A DNA stretch of 64,000 nt, from NCBI GenBank assembly GCA_041659325.1, contig JBAZYN010000003.1, positions 7,296 to 71,295 of the forward strand, read 5' to 3'. The stretch is from Candidatus Shapirobacteria bacterium. GTDB taxonomy: Bacteria > Patescibacteriota > Microgenomatia > UBA12405. Shown one piece after another: positions 56,031 through 64,000 of this stretch. A program made the position numbers and the translations under genes. Positions within the stretch are counted from its first letter, which is position 1. Each line of letters opens with the position of its first letter. Under the pieces are notes generated by a model that had not been told where the DNA came from, searched no databases, and was given only the letters and a program-made list of their open reading frames with translations.

Positions 56031-56960
56031 CTATTTTTGACTTTTAAAATATTCTTCGATCATGTGAAAAATTTGTTTTCTCATAATAATGGCATCCGTT
56101 TTGTACCCCGGTGTTAAATCAGGAATATTTAAAACCCGGGAAAATAATTTATTGGAAACGTCATCAATTGTATAAAATATATTGTAACCTTCGACAATAT
56201 CAATGCCATTAAAAAATATATAGTCGAGTTTATTGTCGTTATAAAAACGAACTAAAGATTCTAATAAAACCTGTTTAAGATCTGTTGACATTCTATTAAT
56301 ATCAACCATCTCTATTTGGGCTATTCCAACCATTTTATCGGATATGGGTCTAATGGCAAAGTCTTGGCGAAGTACTTCATACAAATTGTCTGGAGATATG
56401 TTTGATTTTGCTATAAACATATCTTTTGTAAAATTATCATTTAAGCCAGCTACTGTTTTTAACCATTTTGCAACCTCGGTATCTCGGGGAGTGGTGACAG
56501 AATTCTTGAAATTAACCGTATTGGAAACTATGGCGGAGTAGAGATAAGTAGCAACGTTTATTGATGGAACTAAATTGCTTTTTAGATATTCTTCAGCGAT
56601 TAAAGTAGAACAGGATCCAACAAGGTCAATGTGAACCTTGGCGTTTTTTAACTTTGAAACTTGTTCAGTAAGGCGATGATCAAATAATTCAACAATTTTT
56701 TCAACATTTATTCTTCGATCGATTCGGATTGGATCTGAACTATCAACTAAAATAAATTTATCATCTTCGATATAATTGCCCTCATGCTTATTGAGAGGAA
56801 AAAAGTTTGTATATTCCTTAACGAAATCTACTTCCAAATTTAATTCCCCACAGTAAACACCAGTGGAAATTCTTCCGATTTTGGATAAATACTCAGTATA
56901 ACCTAAGATACAAGCAATACAGTCTAAGTCCGGGTCGCTGTAAGAGGTGACAAAAAGCAT
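56031..56960 (-). CDS. DHH/DHHA2 phosphoesterase, family-II inorganic pyrophosphatase-like with substituted metal ligands
   Basis: Collinear with PpaC: SYSDPDLDCIACILGY (cf GHQNPDTDTICSAIAY, His9 -> Ser/Tyr), ILVDSSD (cf LVDHNE), FDHR (cf DHH), LVGSCSTLIAEEYL, KMVGIAQIEMVD. Confidence 0.6.
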   Translation of the reverse strand: MLFVTSYSDPDLDCIACILGYTEYLSKIGRISTGVYCGELNLEVDFVKEYTNFFPLNKHEGNYIEDDKFILVDSSDPIRIDRRINVEKIVELFDHRLTEQVSKLKNAKVHIDLVGSCSTLIAEEYLKSNLVPSINVATYLYSAIVSNTVNFKNSVTTPRDTEVAKWLKTVAGLNDNFTKDMFIAKSNISPDNLYEVLRQDFAIRPISDKMVGIAQIEMVDINRMSTDLKQVLLESLVRFYNDNKLDYIFFNGIDIVEGYNIFYTIDDVSNKLFSRVLNIPDLTPGYKTDAIIMRKQIFHMIEEYFKSQK

Positions 56961-57296
56961 GACTTATTTTATCAAAGTTCGAGTCTATTCCCGAGTAATG
57001 AGTTATTCGGATAAATTTGGTGCCTAGAATACAGTGCTCCGGGAGTACCGAATCCTTCGACTTATTCTGCAAACTCATGATGAATTCGCTCAGGACAAGT
57101 CCTTCGACTGGGCTCAGGACAAGTCCTTCGGCCTAGCTCATGACAGGCAATTCGGATCTTTCGACTCCGATCAAGACAAGCCCGAGTAGCTATTTCAACA
57201 CATTGATAACATGAACGAAGTGAATTCAGGGCGAAACAAGAAACTTATTTTTTGGGCGGGATTTTGAAAATTTTTTTGGCGTAAAGGGGAACGATT

Positions 57297-58634
57297 TTAG
57301 TATTTAAAATACCGCCGTGAATTAGTTTTGAATTTCATGGTTGTGCTCCAACCCCCGGGCATACAACCTTGTTGACCACGAACCTTGATGTAATAAGTTG
57401 TATTGGGTTTAAGATAATAAATAGTGTGAGATTGGACACCTTCGCGGTGTAAAGTGACTAGTTCTCCATGCTGTTCAGCAGTGGGTTTCGTTGAGAAACT
57501 AACATAAAATTGGCTGGTATTCGAAATTGGAGTAAAAAATAATTTGGCGGTTTTGGAAGTAGTGTTGATTTGAAATAAGTCCGGAGCAGAGGCAGGAACT
57601 TGATCACCACAAATGGGAGGGCCAGGAGGTGAACTAGTGGACGAAGAAGATGATGAGGTTGTTTCAACAGCTTTAAAGGTAGTGAAATGGGCGGCATTAA
57701 AAGTTAGTGTCTGAGCTGAACGGTCATAAGAGAGACCGGAAACGATACCGCTGTCTCCCGATGAACCATCCGTATTAGTAACCTGGATAGTCGGATTATT
57801 TAAATTTACGCCATACATCGTTAAAGTAGCGTTGGTATCAACTAATGCTTTAATGTCTTCAGCATCAAGACCGATTTGATTGGTGGTGTTCATGTCAAGT
57901 TTTTGGCTTAGAATTGGCAGCCAGCTTAAAGAATAGCGGTCGGTAAAGTTCATGGTCGAGAGAAAATCGATCCGGCCTTTACCGTTTATTTCCAAATATA
58001 AACCGGTAATTTTAGTCCAATCAGGCTTGTCGGCCAAATTAGTAGTAATGCCACCATTGGCAAGTAAGGTGGCAACCGCAGAACGAGCAGGACAGTCACC
58101 AAAGCCAACAGCTCCGCACCAACCTGTCGTTGTCGAAGCGATGCTCCACGCATCAGAATCATGACCATCAACCTGATAGGACTGGGTTGAAGCAGGTAAT
58201 GTGGCACCGGCATCGTTGGCTTGGGTACCACTATAAGTGCCGTAAGAAACAGAATAAAGTACTGTGCCATCCCCTTCTTTCCAGACTAGTTTGCCACCAG
58301 CGGTATCATAGAGGGTACTGCCAATGTCGTTGGTTAAGAGAGCGGTTTGAGGAATAGTACCGGCTAGATCAAGAGTATCAAGGAGAGTGTCGGTAGAAGA
58401 ATAAACTTCAAGAGTGCAACCGGCAAGGCTTAATGGATAATCGGAAGTATTGATTAATTCTACAAATTGACCAGAAGTAGCGGTGGGATTGAACTCGGTG
58501 ACAAAAGCACGATGATCAAGAGTGGCATGATCGGTACCGTCGCATTTTAAAGTAGCCGCTTGAACTGCAAAAGGAGCCAAAAGAAAAAAAATAAGAAGAA
58601 GAAAAATAAAAAAAACCAGCGATTTTTGTGACAT
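57297..58634 (-). CDS. secreted surface protein: lamin-tail-domain (LTD) + S-rich linker + C-terminal FN3-like domain shared with giant protein
   Basis: Signal peptide; FVTEFNPTATSGQFVELINTSDYPLSLAGCTL matches LTD; C-terminal ~95 aa ~55% identical to C-terminus of 25822..30681. Confidence 0.6.
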   Translation of the reverse strand: MSQKSLVFFIFLLLIFFLLAPFAVQAATLKCDGTDHATLDHRAFVTEFNPTATSGQFVELINTSDYPLSLAGCTLEVYSSTDTLLDTLDLAGTIPQTALLTNDIGSTLYDTAGGKLVWKEGDGTVLYSVSYGTYSGTQANDAGATLPASTQSYQVDGHDSDAWSIASTTTGWCGAVGFGDCPARSAVATLLANGGITTNLADKPDWTKITGLYLEINGKGRIDFLSTMNFTDRYSLSWLPILSQKLDMNTTNQIGLDAEDIKALVDTNATLTMYGVNLNNPTIQVTNTDGSSGDSGIVSGLSYDRSAQTLTFNAAHFTTFKAVETTSSSSSSTSSPPGPPICGDQVPASAPDLFQINTTSKTAKLFFTPISNTSQFYVSFSTKPTAEQHGELVTLHREGVQSHTIYYLKPNTTYYIKVRGQQGCMPGGWSTTMKFKTNSRRYFKY

Positions 58635-58716
58635 CCTAAATTAGACTAGATCTTAAAAGTGATGTTGTCAATATTACAAAATATTTTTCAGGTTAAATGT
58701 GAATTGGCTCCGGGAG

Positions 58717-58773
58717 TACCGAAAAATTCGGACCCTCCTTCGTTAAAACTACGGACGGGCAAAGCGTATTTCA
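58717..58773 (-). promoter_or_regulatory. conserved 58-nt 5-prime element (copy 2), upstream of LTD surface-protein gene 57297..58634
   Basis: Same element as 54295..54352; partial third copy near 57042-57060. Confidence 0.5.
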
Positions 58774-58806
58774 TCAACGCCCTACCGATTGGAGGACGGC
58801 GGAAGA

Positions 58807-59670
58807 ATGATAGGCGGGGGGAAACATTCTATTTACTTCGGGTTTTGTTCGGCTTATTATTATTTTGTGATTCCTTATTTTAAAGAAAAAAACTTTTGTT
58901 TATATCAGGGAGATTGCTTGAGCGTTTTAAAAAAAATTAAAGATAATTCCGTGGATATGATATTTGCAGATCCCCCATATTTTTTATCCAGTGGTACTTT
59001 TACGTGCCAAAATGGAAAAATGGTGAGTGTTAAAAAAGGTGAATGGGATATGGGTAAAGGATTAGAAGAGAATTTGAAATTTCACATGGCATGGATTAAG
59101 GAATGTAAAAGAATATTAAAACCAAATGGAACAATTTGGATTAGTGGAACTTATCATTCAATTTATCAATGTGGTTATGCTTTGCAGTTAAATGATTATC
59201 GAATATTAAATGAAATTGTTTGGTACAAACCCAATGCTTCTCCAAATTTAAGTTGTAGATTTTTTACAGCTAGTCATGAAACTTTAATATGGGCGAGGAA
59301 AGAAAAAAAAGGTGTGCATATTTTTAATTATGAATTGATAAAAAATAATGACTGGCCTAATGATTTTTTAAAAAAGAAAGGTTTTCAGATGAGATCGGTT
59401 TGGGCAATTTATACCCCTAAAAAGGCGGAGAAAACTTTTGGGAAACATCCAACACAAAAATCTTTGGACCTGTTAAACAGGATTATTTTGTCGAGTACAA
59501 AAGAAAATGATATTGTTCTTGATCCGTTTACGGGCAGTTCCACCACAGGGTTGGCAGCAGTTGCACATGGCAGAGAATTTGTTGGAATAGATATTGAAAA
59601 AGAATATCTTGACCTATCAATAAAAAGATTTGAGAAATTATCGAAGGAAAAATCGGGATCAGGTATATAA
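58807..59670 (+). CDS. DNA methyltransferase, beta-class N6A/N4C (DpnA/M.MboIB-like)
   Basis: Motif IV DPPY (MIFADPPYF) precedes motif I (LDPFTGSSTTG); start at ATG with GGAGGA SD; ORF-track ATG 58789 lies inside a dispersed repeat. Confidence 0.85.
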   Translation: MIGGGKHSIYFGFCSAYYYFVIPYFKEKNFCLYQGDCLSVLKKIKDNSVDMIFADPPYFLSSGTFTCQNGKMVSVKKGEWDMGKGLEENLKFHMAWIKECKRILKPNGTIWISGTYHSIYQCGYALQLNDYRILNEIVWYKPNASPNLSCRFFTASHETLIWARKEKKGVHIFNYELIKNNDWPNDFLKKKGFQMRSVWAIYTPKKAEKTFGKHPTQKSLDLLNRIILSSTKENDIVLDPFTGSSTTGLAAVAHGREFVGIDIEKEYLDLSIKRFEKLSKEKSGSGI

Positions 59671-59680
59671 TTGGTTTTAA

Positions 59681-60445
59681 ATGGCAAATAGTGTTTCATG
59701 GAAAAAAATTTTTGACGAATATAAAATTCTTGAACATAATTTTGATGATTCGCCATATCCAATATCTGCAACTCAAATAAAGAGGGCCTGTCAAAATTAT
59801 AAGGAAACAGGAGAAAAGGAAGTGCGTATTTTATGTAAACAAGATTGCAGACACGACAGACCAACTATTTTCAAAGAAAATAATCTTTTTCTTCTACCAG
59901 TTAAAAATGGATTTTATAATATAATCAAGGGTGAGGGCTATACAGATATTCCCCAAATTACTGGAGAAGTAACCAATTATTCGTCAAAGCTCAATTTTTC
60001 TCTCGAAACAACATTAGTTGGTAATTCTGAAATGCAACATTTGGATTATGCGTATGCCGCCAGTTTAATTAGAACTTTCACAGATGATCCAACATTAGTA
60101 TTAACTATTAGGGGAAGAAAATATACCCCTGAATTTGATTTCTTTGTGGGGAAACAAAAAATTACAGTTTCAAGTGTCCAAACTGAAGTAGATGCTGGCT
60201 ATGAAGGAAAAGAGCAGATTGTATTAATCGAGGCAAAAAATTTTAGTGCTTCAGACGTAATTATTAGACAACTTTATTATCCGTTTAGACAATGGCAAAG
60301 TAAGACCAATAAAAAAGTGATTACCCTGTTTTTTGACAAGGAATTAAGTGAAAATATTTATTCAATTTGGCAATTTGAATTCGAAAATCCTGAAGATTAC
60401 AACAGTATAAAATTAGTTAAATCTGGTAAATATCAGATTGTATAG
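59681..60445 (+). CDS. type II restriction endonuclease (PD-(D/E)xK), candidate GATC-specific
   Basis: Sits between two MTases; VDAGYEG...VLIEAK fits D...ExK core. Confidence 0.5.
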   Translation: MANSVSWKKIFDEYKILEHNFDDSPYPISATQIKRACQNYKETGEKEVRILCKQDCRHDRPTIFKENNLFLLPVKNGFYNIIKGEGYTDIPQITGEVTNYSSKLNFSLETTLVGNSEMQHLDYAYAASLIRTFTDDPTLVLTIRGRKYTPEFDFFVGKQKITVSSVQTEVDAGYEGKEQIVLIEAKNFSASDVIIRQLYYPFRQWQSKTNKKVITLFFDKELSENIYSIWQFEFENPEDYNSIKLVKSGKYQIV

Positions 60446-61287
60446 CTAGTAATTACAACTTCTTTTATTTTGCCTCTTTTATTACCTTTACTGTTAATGG
60501 AACGTGCGGCATAAACTTCGTGAATATTTTTTTTGTATTTTTTATATAAATCCAAAACCAGTGGGGCGTTTGAATTACTAAGCATAATGAAACAGCCCCT
60601 ATTTGCCAATTCAACATAAATATCTCTCAATTTTCTTTGTTCCTCGGGACCGAATGAACTTTTAGAATAACTGGTGAAGTTTGACGTAGCGTTTAGGGGG
60701 CAATAAGGTGGGTCGAAATAAATAAAATCCCCTTTTTTACATTTATTTACAGACTCCTCAAAAGCCAGATCGGTTATTTCCGTATTTTTTAGGGCGTTTG
60801 AAACGGCTAGAATGTTTTCTCTATCACAAATGGTGGGGTTTTTTTGATCACCAAATGGGATATTATATTGCCCCTTGGAATTCTCCCTGTACATGCCGTT
60901 AAAACAAGTTTTATTTAAAAATATGAGATAGGCAGTTGTATTTAATTTATTAAGTTTATCGTTATTGTATATTTCTCTTTTTTTATAATAATCTTTTTCC
61001 TGTTCTTTGAAGGAAAGTTTTTTGTAGTTCGATTCCATGATCCCTAGGAGAGAAATTAATTCTTTGGGGTTTTGTTGAATTTGTTTGTAGGCGGTAATTA
61101 ACTTGCGGTTGATATCATTTATCGAAGCAAACGAGATGTCTCTTGATTGTTTTAGAGAAAAGAAAAGTGCTCCTCCTCCAACAAAAGGCTCGTAGTAGCG
61201 GGTAAATTTTTTCGGGAGATATTTTTCCAGTTCAGGTATTAATTTCCCCTTTCCACCTACCCATTTAATAAAAGGTTTTGCGTTCAT
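60433..61287 (-). CDS. DNA adenine methyltransferase, Dam family (alpha-class)
   Basis: KWVGGK, FVGGGALFF (motif I), IYFDPPYCP (motif IV). Confidence 0.85.
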   Translation of the reverse strand: MNAKPFIKWVGGKGKLIPELEKYLPKKFTRYYEPFVGGGALFFSLKQSRDISFASINDINRKLITAYKQIQQNPKELISLLGIMESNYKKLSFKEQEKDYYKKREIYNNDKLNKLNTTAYLIFLNKTCFNGMYRENSKGQYNIPFGDQKNPTICDRENILAVSNALKNTEITDLAFEESVNKCKKGDFIYFDPPYCPLNATSNFTSYSKSSFGPEEQRKLRDIYVELANRGCFIMLSNSNAPLVLDLYKKYKKNIHEVYAARSINSKGNKRGKIKEVVITSYTI

Positions 61288-61396
61288 GTTTTATCTTTAT
61301 ATTTTACTTCGCCGGGTTGCTTTTATTCTACGCAGATTTAACAAGCAAGCGTTTGCCGAAGGAGAGTTCAAATCAGAGAAGAAATGAAAAGTAAAA

Positions 61397-61834
61397 TTAA
61401 CCCCGGAACAAAGAGAACTTGCCAGTAATTTCTTTTAATTCAACTGTTGTACCAAACAAGCAAATCCCATAGTATTCTAAATCCTGTTCCGATGATAACT
61501 TGGTTGCCCGGACTTGTTCTTCTGATGTGCCAACTGTCATGGTACTGGTGAAGTCGGTAAAGGGAATGCCCCTTTTAATTGCTTCGTTTCGGATAGTTCG
61601 AATTTTGTTGGAGTTATCGGCTTGAAGAACAATAAAAGGAAAATGGGAGATATTGGGGTGCTTGCCACCATCCTTGTCTTCATATTGCAAAAAGCACATT
61701 TCGTCTTGTTTCCCATACCCACCTGCTAAACCCGCAGTCATATGGCCTAAGGCGTTCATAAGTTTGCCGGTTTCAATTTTTTTATTTAAAACAGCGACAA
61801 ATCTTTTTGAATTTTCGTCGGGTAAATTGTTCAT
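61397..61834 (-). CDS. DUF2000 / PTH2-like fold protein
   Basis: KRFVAVLNKKIETGKLMNALGHMTAGLAGG pattern of DUF2000. Confidence 0.45.
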   Translation of the reverse strand: MNNLPDENSKRFVAVLNKKIETGKLMNALGHMTAGLAGGYGKQDEMCFLQYEDKDGGKHPNISHFPFIVLQADNSNKIRTIRNEAIKRGIPFTDFTSTMTVGTSEEQVRATKLSSEQDLEYYGICLFGTTVELKEITGKFSLFRG

Positions 61835-62006
61835 ATTTTTTTATATATTATATCCCAATCCCGTTCGACGAGTGGAATGATTTTAGAACTGATAATTCAT
61901 TTCGGGAAGACATAAATCAGTATCGTCTGTCTTTATGAATTGTGATTCGTACATAGGTGAATACCATACCCTCTCGTTTACAAGCATAATGGGCAGCGAA
62001 AATAAT

Positions 62007-63242
62007 TCATTGCATAAAGGCGGGTAACCCATGCCTTCTAGTCTTATTTTCGATTGCCCTAGAAACCGCAGGCCATCTTGTGATATCAAATAATTCCAAT
62101 ATTCCAGCCGTCAAAACATAATCACTCCGATAAATATCACAGGCAACATGATCAAATACCTCCATTGCTCTTGTTAGATGGCTTCTTAACTCGTCGGTTG
62201 CTCTTTGAAAATGATTATGAGTTGGATTTATTCCTAGAAAATTATAGTTCTCCATTAAGCTTTGGGTCATTTTCTGAGGGTCAATTCTACCGCCCTCACC
62301 TCTTCTGGCCAAATAGTCAGCCAGCCCGGCCATATGTGCAAGTAACTCATCCTTAGCTGCCGCATAAGCCTGATTAGCCATCATTGTTAATTCCAGTGCG
62401 TGTTGATCATACGCCTCAACTCCTTCTGTTGTGTCAAATCTGAAACTATTATTTAGGATGTCTACATATCTTTTCTTTAGATTTTCAACCCCTTTCTCAT
62501 CGGTGTAACCCTCTGTAAATTCTTCATCAAGAATGTGACGGATATCATGATCTACTTCATGAGCTAATTTTCCATCAGTATTAACATGTTTAATCATTTT
62601 CTCAAAGTCACTAGTCACCTCAGCGATTGGGAAAACTAAAACTCGGTATCGACTAACCCGCGATTCTTCCCACAGCGATGGAGATAACCGCCCCTTGAGT
62701 AAAGCACCACCGGTCTCAGTCTTTCCTTCGCGAAGATTTCCAAATTGTGGAAAATCCTCCCCATCGTCATAAATGAAACAGACTCCGACTCTTCCATGAA
62801 AAAATACACCCAGATTACCTTGTGGTTCCTTTTCAAATAAATCCCTATAAAGATATTTGGCCACAAATTTATTGTATTCAACACTATCCATTGATGTTTC
62901 TTTGTCTACATTGGGAAAAAGATTAAAATAAGCAGTTTCTGCTCGTCCCATCGCTTCTGATAAATTTTGATCATATTTGTCCCACCGATCAAATACTCGC
63001 TTCATCCCATCAATTTCCCAATCGGACAATTCCGCTTCTTGAGCATGAGCAATGGCAGAAACCCGAATATCCTCGATAGAATCCACCACATTCATCGCTT
63101 CAACACTCTCTCTTCTTATACGACTCACCTGTTCGAGTTGCGCTATACGAAAGTCTAAACTGTTTCGTGGAATCTCTTTTGGAATCGCATATGGAGCTTC
63201 TTTGGGCTCTGCCAGTACTATCTCCCCGCCAGTTTCTGCCAT
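62007..63242 (-). CDS. hypothetical cytoplasmic protein with HExxH (LAHEVDHD) motif
   Basis: 411 aa, no signal peptide; somewhat GC-richer than the adjacent R-M cassette; next to tRNA-Asn. Confidence 0.45.
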   Translation of the reverse strand: MAETGGEIVLAEPKEAPYAIPKEIPRNSLDFRIAQLEQVSRIRRESVEAMNVVDSIEDIRVSAIAHAQEAELSDWEIDGMKRVFDRWDKYDQNLSEAMGRAETAYFNLFPNVDKETSMDSVEYNKFVAKYLYRDLFEKEPQGNLGVFFHGRVGVCFIYDDGEDFPQFGNLREGKTETGGALLKGRLSPSLWEESRVSRYRVLVFPIAEVTSDFEKMIKHVNTDGKLAHEVDHDIRHILDEEFTEGYTDEKGVENLKKRYVDILNNSFRFDTTEGVEAYDQHALELTMMANQAYAAAKDELLAHMAGLADYLARRGEGGRIDPQKMTQSLMENYNFLGINPTHNHFQRATDELRSHLTRAMEVFDHVACDIYRSDYVLTAGILELFDITRWPAVSRAIENKTRRHGLPAFMQ

Positions 63243-63323
63243 AAATAAGTATATCAGTACCTAAAATTATTCTGACTCCACCGCGTCCTTCGGATTTTCA
63301 GCTCGCATTGAGCTCGCCGGAAT

Positions 63324-63396
63324 GCTCCCCCGCGTGGATTCGGACCACGAACCTACCGCTTAACAGGCGGGCGCTCTACCATTGAGCTACAGGGGA
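63324..63396 (-). tRNA. tRNA-Asn (anticodon GTT)
   Basis: Hand-folded: acceptor TCCCCTG/CGGGGGA (incl. one G-U), D-arm GCTC-AATGGTA-GAGC, anticodon loop CTGTTAA, T-arm CGTGG-TCCGAAT-CCACG, discriminator G; CCA not encoded. Unusual C at position 55 and a C-U at the base of the anticodon stem. Confidence 0.75.
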
Positions 63397-63412
63397 ATGG
63401 TATATGTTGTTT

Positions 63413-63652
63413 TTAAATTCTAGTCTTGAGATATTTTCTGCCAAAACCAGTTTTTAAAGTTTTCTCCCTTTTGATAGCCAACTCTTTGTTGGTGCAACCT
63501 TCAAAATAGACTAATATGACCGGAAGTCTATCGCGAGTGGCAATTACTTTGCCGGAATTGTGAAGTTTTAGCCTATGTTTAAGATTATTAGTGTAACCAA
63601 TATAGATTCCATCATCTTTTAAACTCCTTAATACATAGGTGAAATAAAACAT
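63413..63652 (-). CDS. GIY-YIG nuclease-domain protein (YhbQ-like, stand-alone)
   Basis: GIYIGYTNNLKHRLKLHNSG ... conserved Arg and Glu (KREKTLK). Confidence 0.8.
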   Translation of the reverse strand: MFYFTYVLRSLKDDGIYIGYTNNLKHRLKLHNSGKVIATRDRLPVILVYFEGCTNKELAIKREKTLKTGFGRKYLKTRI

Positions 63653-63659
63653 AATTTAA

Positions 63660-63740
63660 TGTTACTACCATTGACTCGCCCGCAGGAGCTTCGCTCCAGC
63701 TTTCGCGAGCGGGGCTACAGGGGAACGTAAAATTTTTCTT
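63660..63740 (-). other. tRNA-Asn 5-prime fragment duplicate (acceptor + D-arm) interrupted by 38-nt GC hairpin insert
   Basis: Minus strand reads TTCCCCTGTAGC-[CCCGCTCGCGAAAGCTGGAGCGAAGCTCCTGCGGGCGAG]-TCAATGGTAGTAA, matching tRNA nt 1-11 and 12-21. Confidence 0.5.
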
Positions 63741-64000
63741 TGAAAAATTAACGTTCCTACAGCGTTTTCCGATTTACCGGAATTACGCTGGGAATAATTA
63801 ATTCTTTGAGAAAAATTATATTAAAGAGCGAGAGGGTCGTATGGGATTATATCATCGAAACTACGCCGATAAAATACCCTTTATTCGACCTTTTATTAAA
63901 CTGAGGCAAGAGGTTTTAAGATTGCCGCAGTCATTCCTTCCTTCGCAATGACGTGTTGACTTGGTCTAGAGGTTTTAAGATTGCCACTCCTTCCCTTCAA

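Noticed and set aside
61883-62089. 68-aa ORF between DUF2000 gene and HExxH protein
   Set aside because: Overlaps the 411-aa gene by 83 nt and sits on a dispersed repeat copy; kept out of the feature list, though a tiny immunity-like gene cannot be excluded.
1-64000. Diversity-generating retroelement, CRISPR-Cas, integrase/transposase, prophage
   Set aside because: No reverse transcriptase, cas gene, recombinase or phage structural gene found in any frame. The only mobile-element-like signals are the repeats and the tRNA/GIY-YIG locus.

Overview
This 64 kb window is a compact, gene-dense stretch of an AT-leaning bacterial chromosome (about 40% GC by eye). It uses the standard genetic code: TGA, TAA and TAG all act as stops. 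TTG and GTG starts are frequent, operons are short, and many genes have stop/start overlaps. I call about 75 features, including one tRNA and one frameshifted pseudogene. The gene content is small cytoplasmic enzymes, many small membrane proteins and several very large secreted or surface proteins. This reads like a small-genome uncultivated lineage, possibly Patescibacteria/CPR-like; that placement is inference only.

The recognisable families are: an ADP-forming acetyl-CoA synthetase, three NUDIX hydrolases, MsrB-MsrA, TspO, MltG, an M15 peptidase, a Ca-type P-type ATPase and a PAS histidine kinase with two response regulators plus an orphan OmpR-type regulator. There is also an overlapping ECF sigma / anti-sigma pair, a YedK(SRAP)-orf-DinB damage-tolerance trio, a PQQ sugar dehydrogenase fused to a cupredoxin and an Fe/Mn SOD. 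A GT2 synthase is followed by a GT-C + GH8 fusion protein, and a nicotianamine-synthase-like enzyme sits next to a divergent family-II pyrophosphatase-like protein. A conspicuously AT-rich DpnII/MboI-like R-M cassette (two methyltransferases flanking a nuclease) lies near a tRNA-Asn + GIY-YIG locus at the right edge.

Four non-coding signals stand out:
- A promoter-like motif (AACTTTTGnTAnAAT) ends 5-7 nt before many start codons, which implies widespread leaderless mRNAs.
- A family of GC-rich dispersed intergenic repeats often ends in a GGAATGATTTT box that abuts stop codons.
- A near-identical 58-nt element carrying a perfect palindrome sits upstream of two surface-protein genes.
- Poly-G tracts of 7-10 G lie inside the repeat copies.

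No CRISPR array, reverse transcriptase or integrase could be supported, so no single novel system is confirmed. The strongest candidates for follow-up are the NAS-like / pyrophosphatase-like pair, the GT2 + GT-C/GH8 locus, and the repeat family together with the leaderless-promoter grammar. Element coordinates may be off by 1-2 nt because I had no tools. CDS boundaries are anchored to the supplied ORF track. Starts were moved only by whole codons and only where sequence evidence (signal peptide, family N-terminus, promoter position) supported it.
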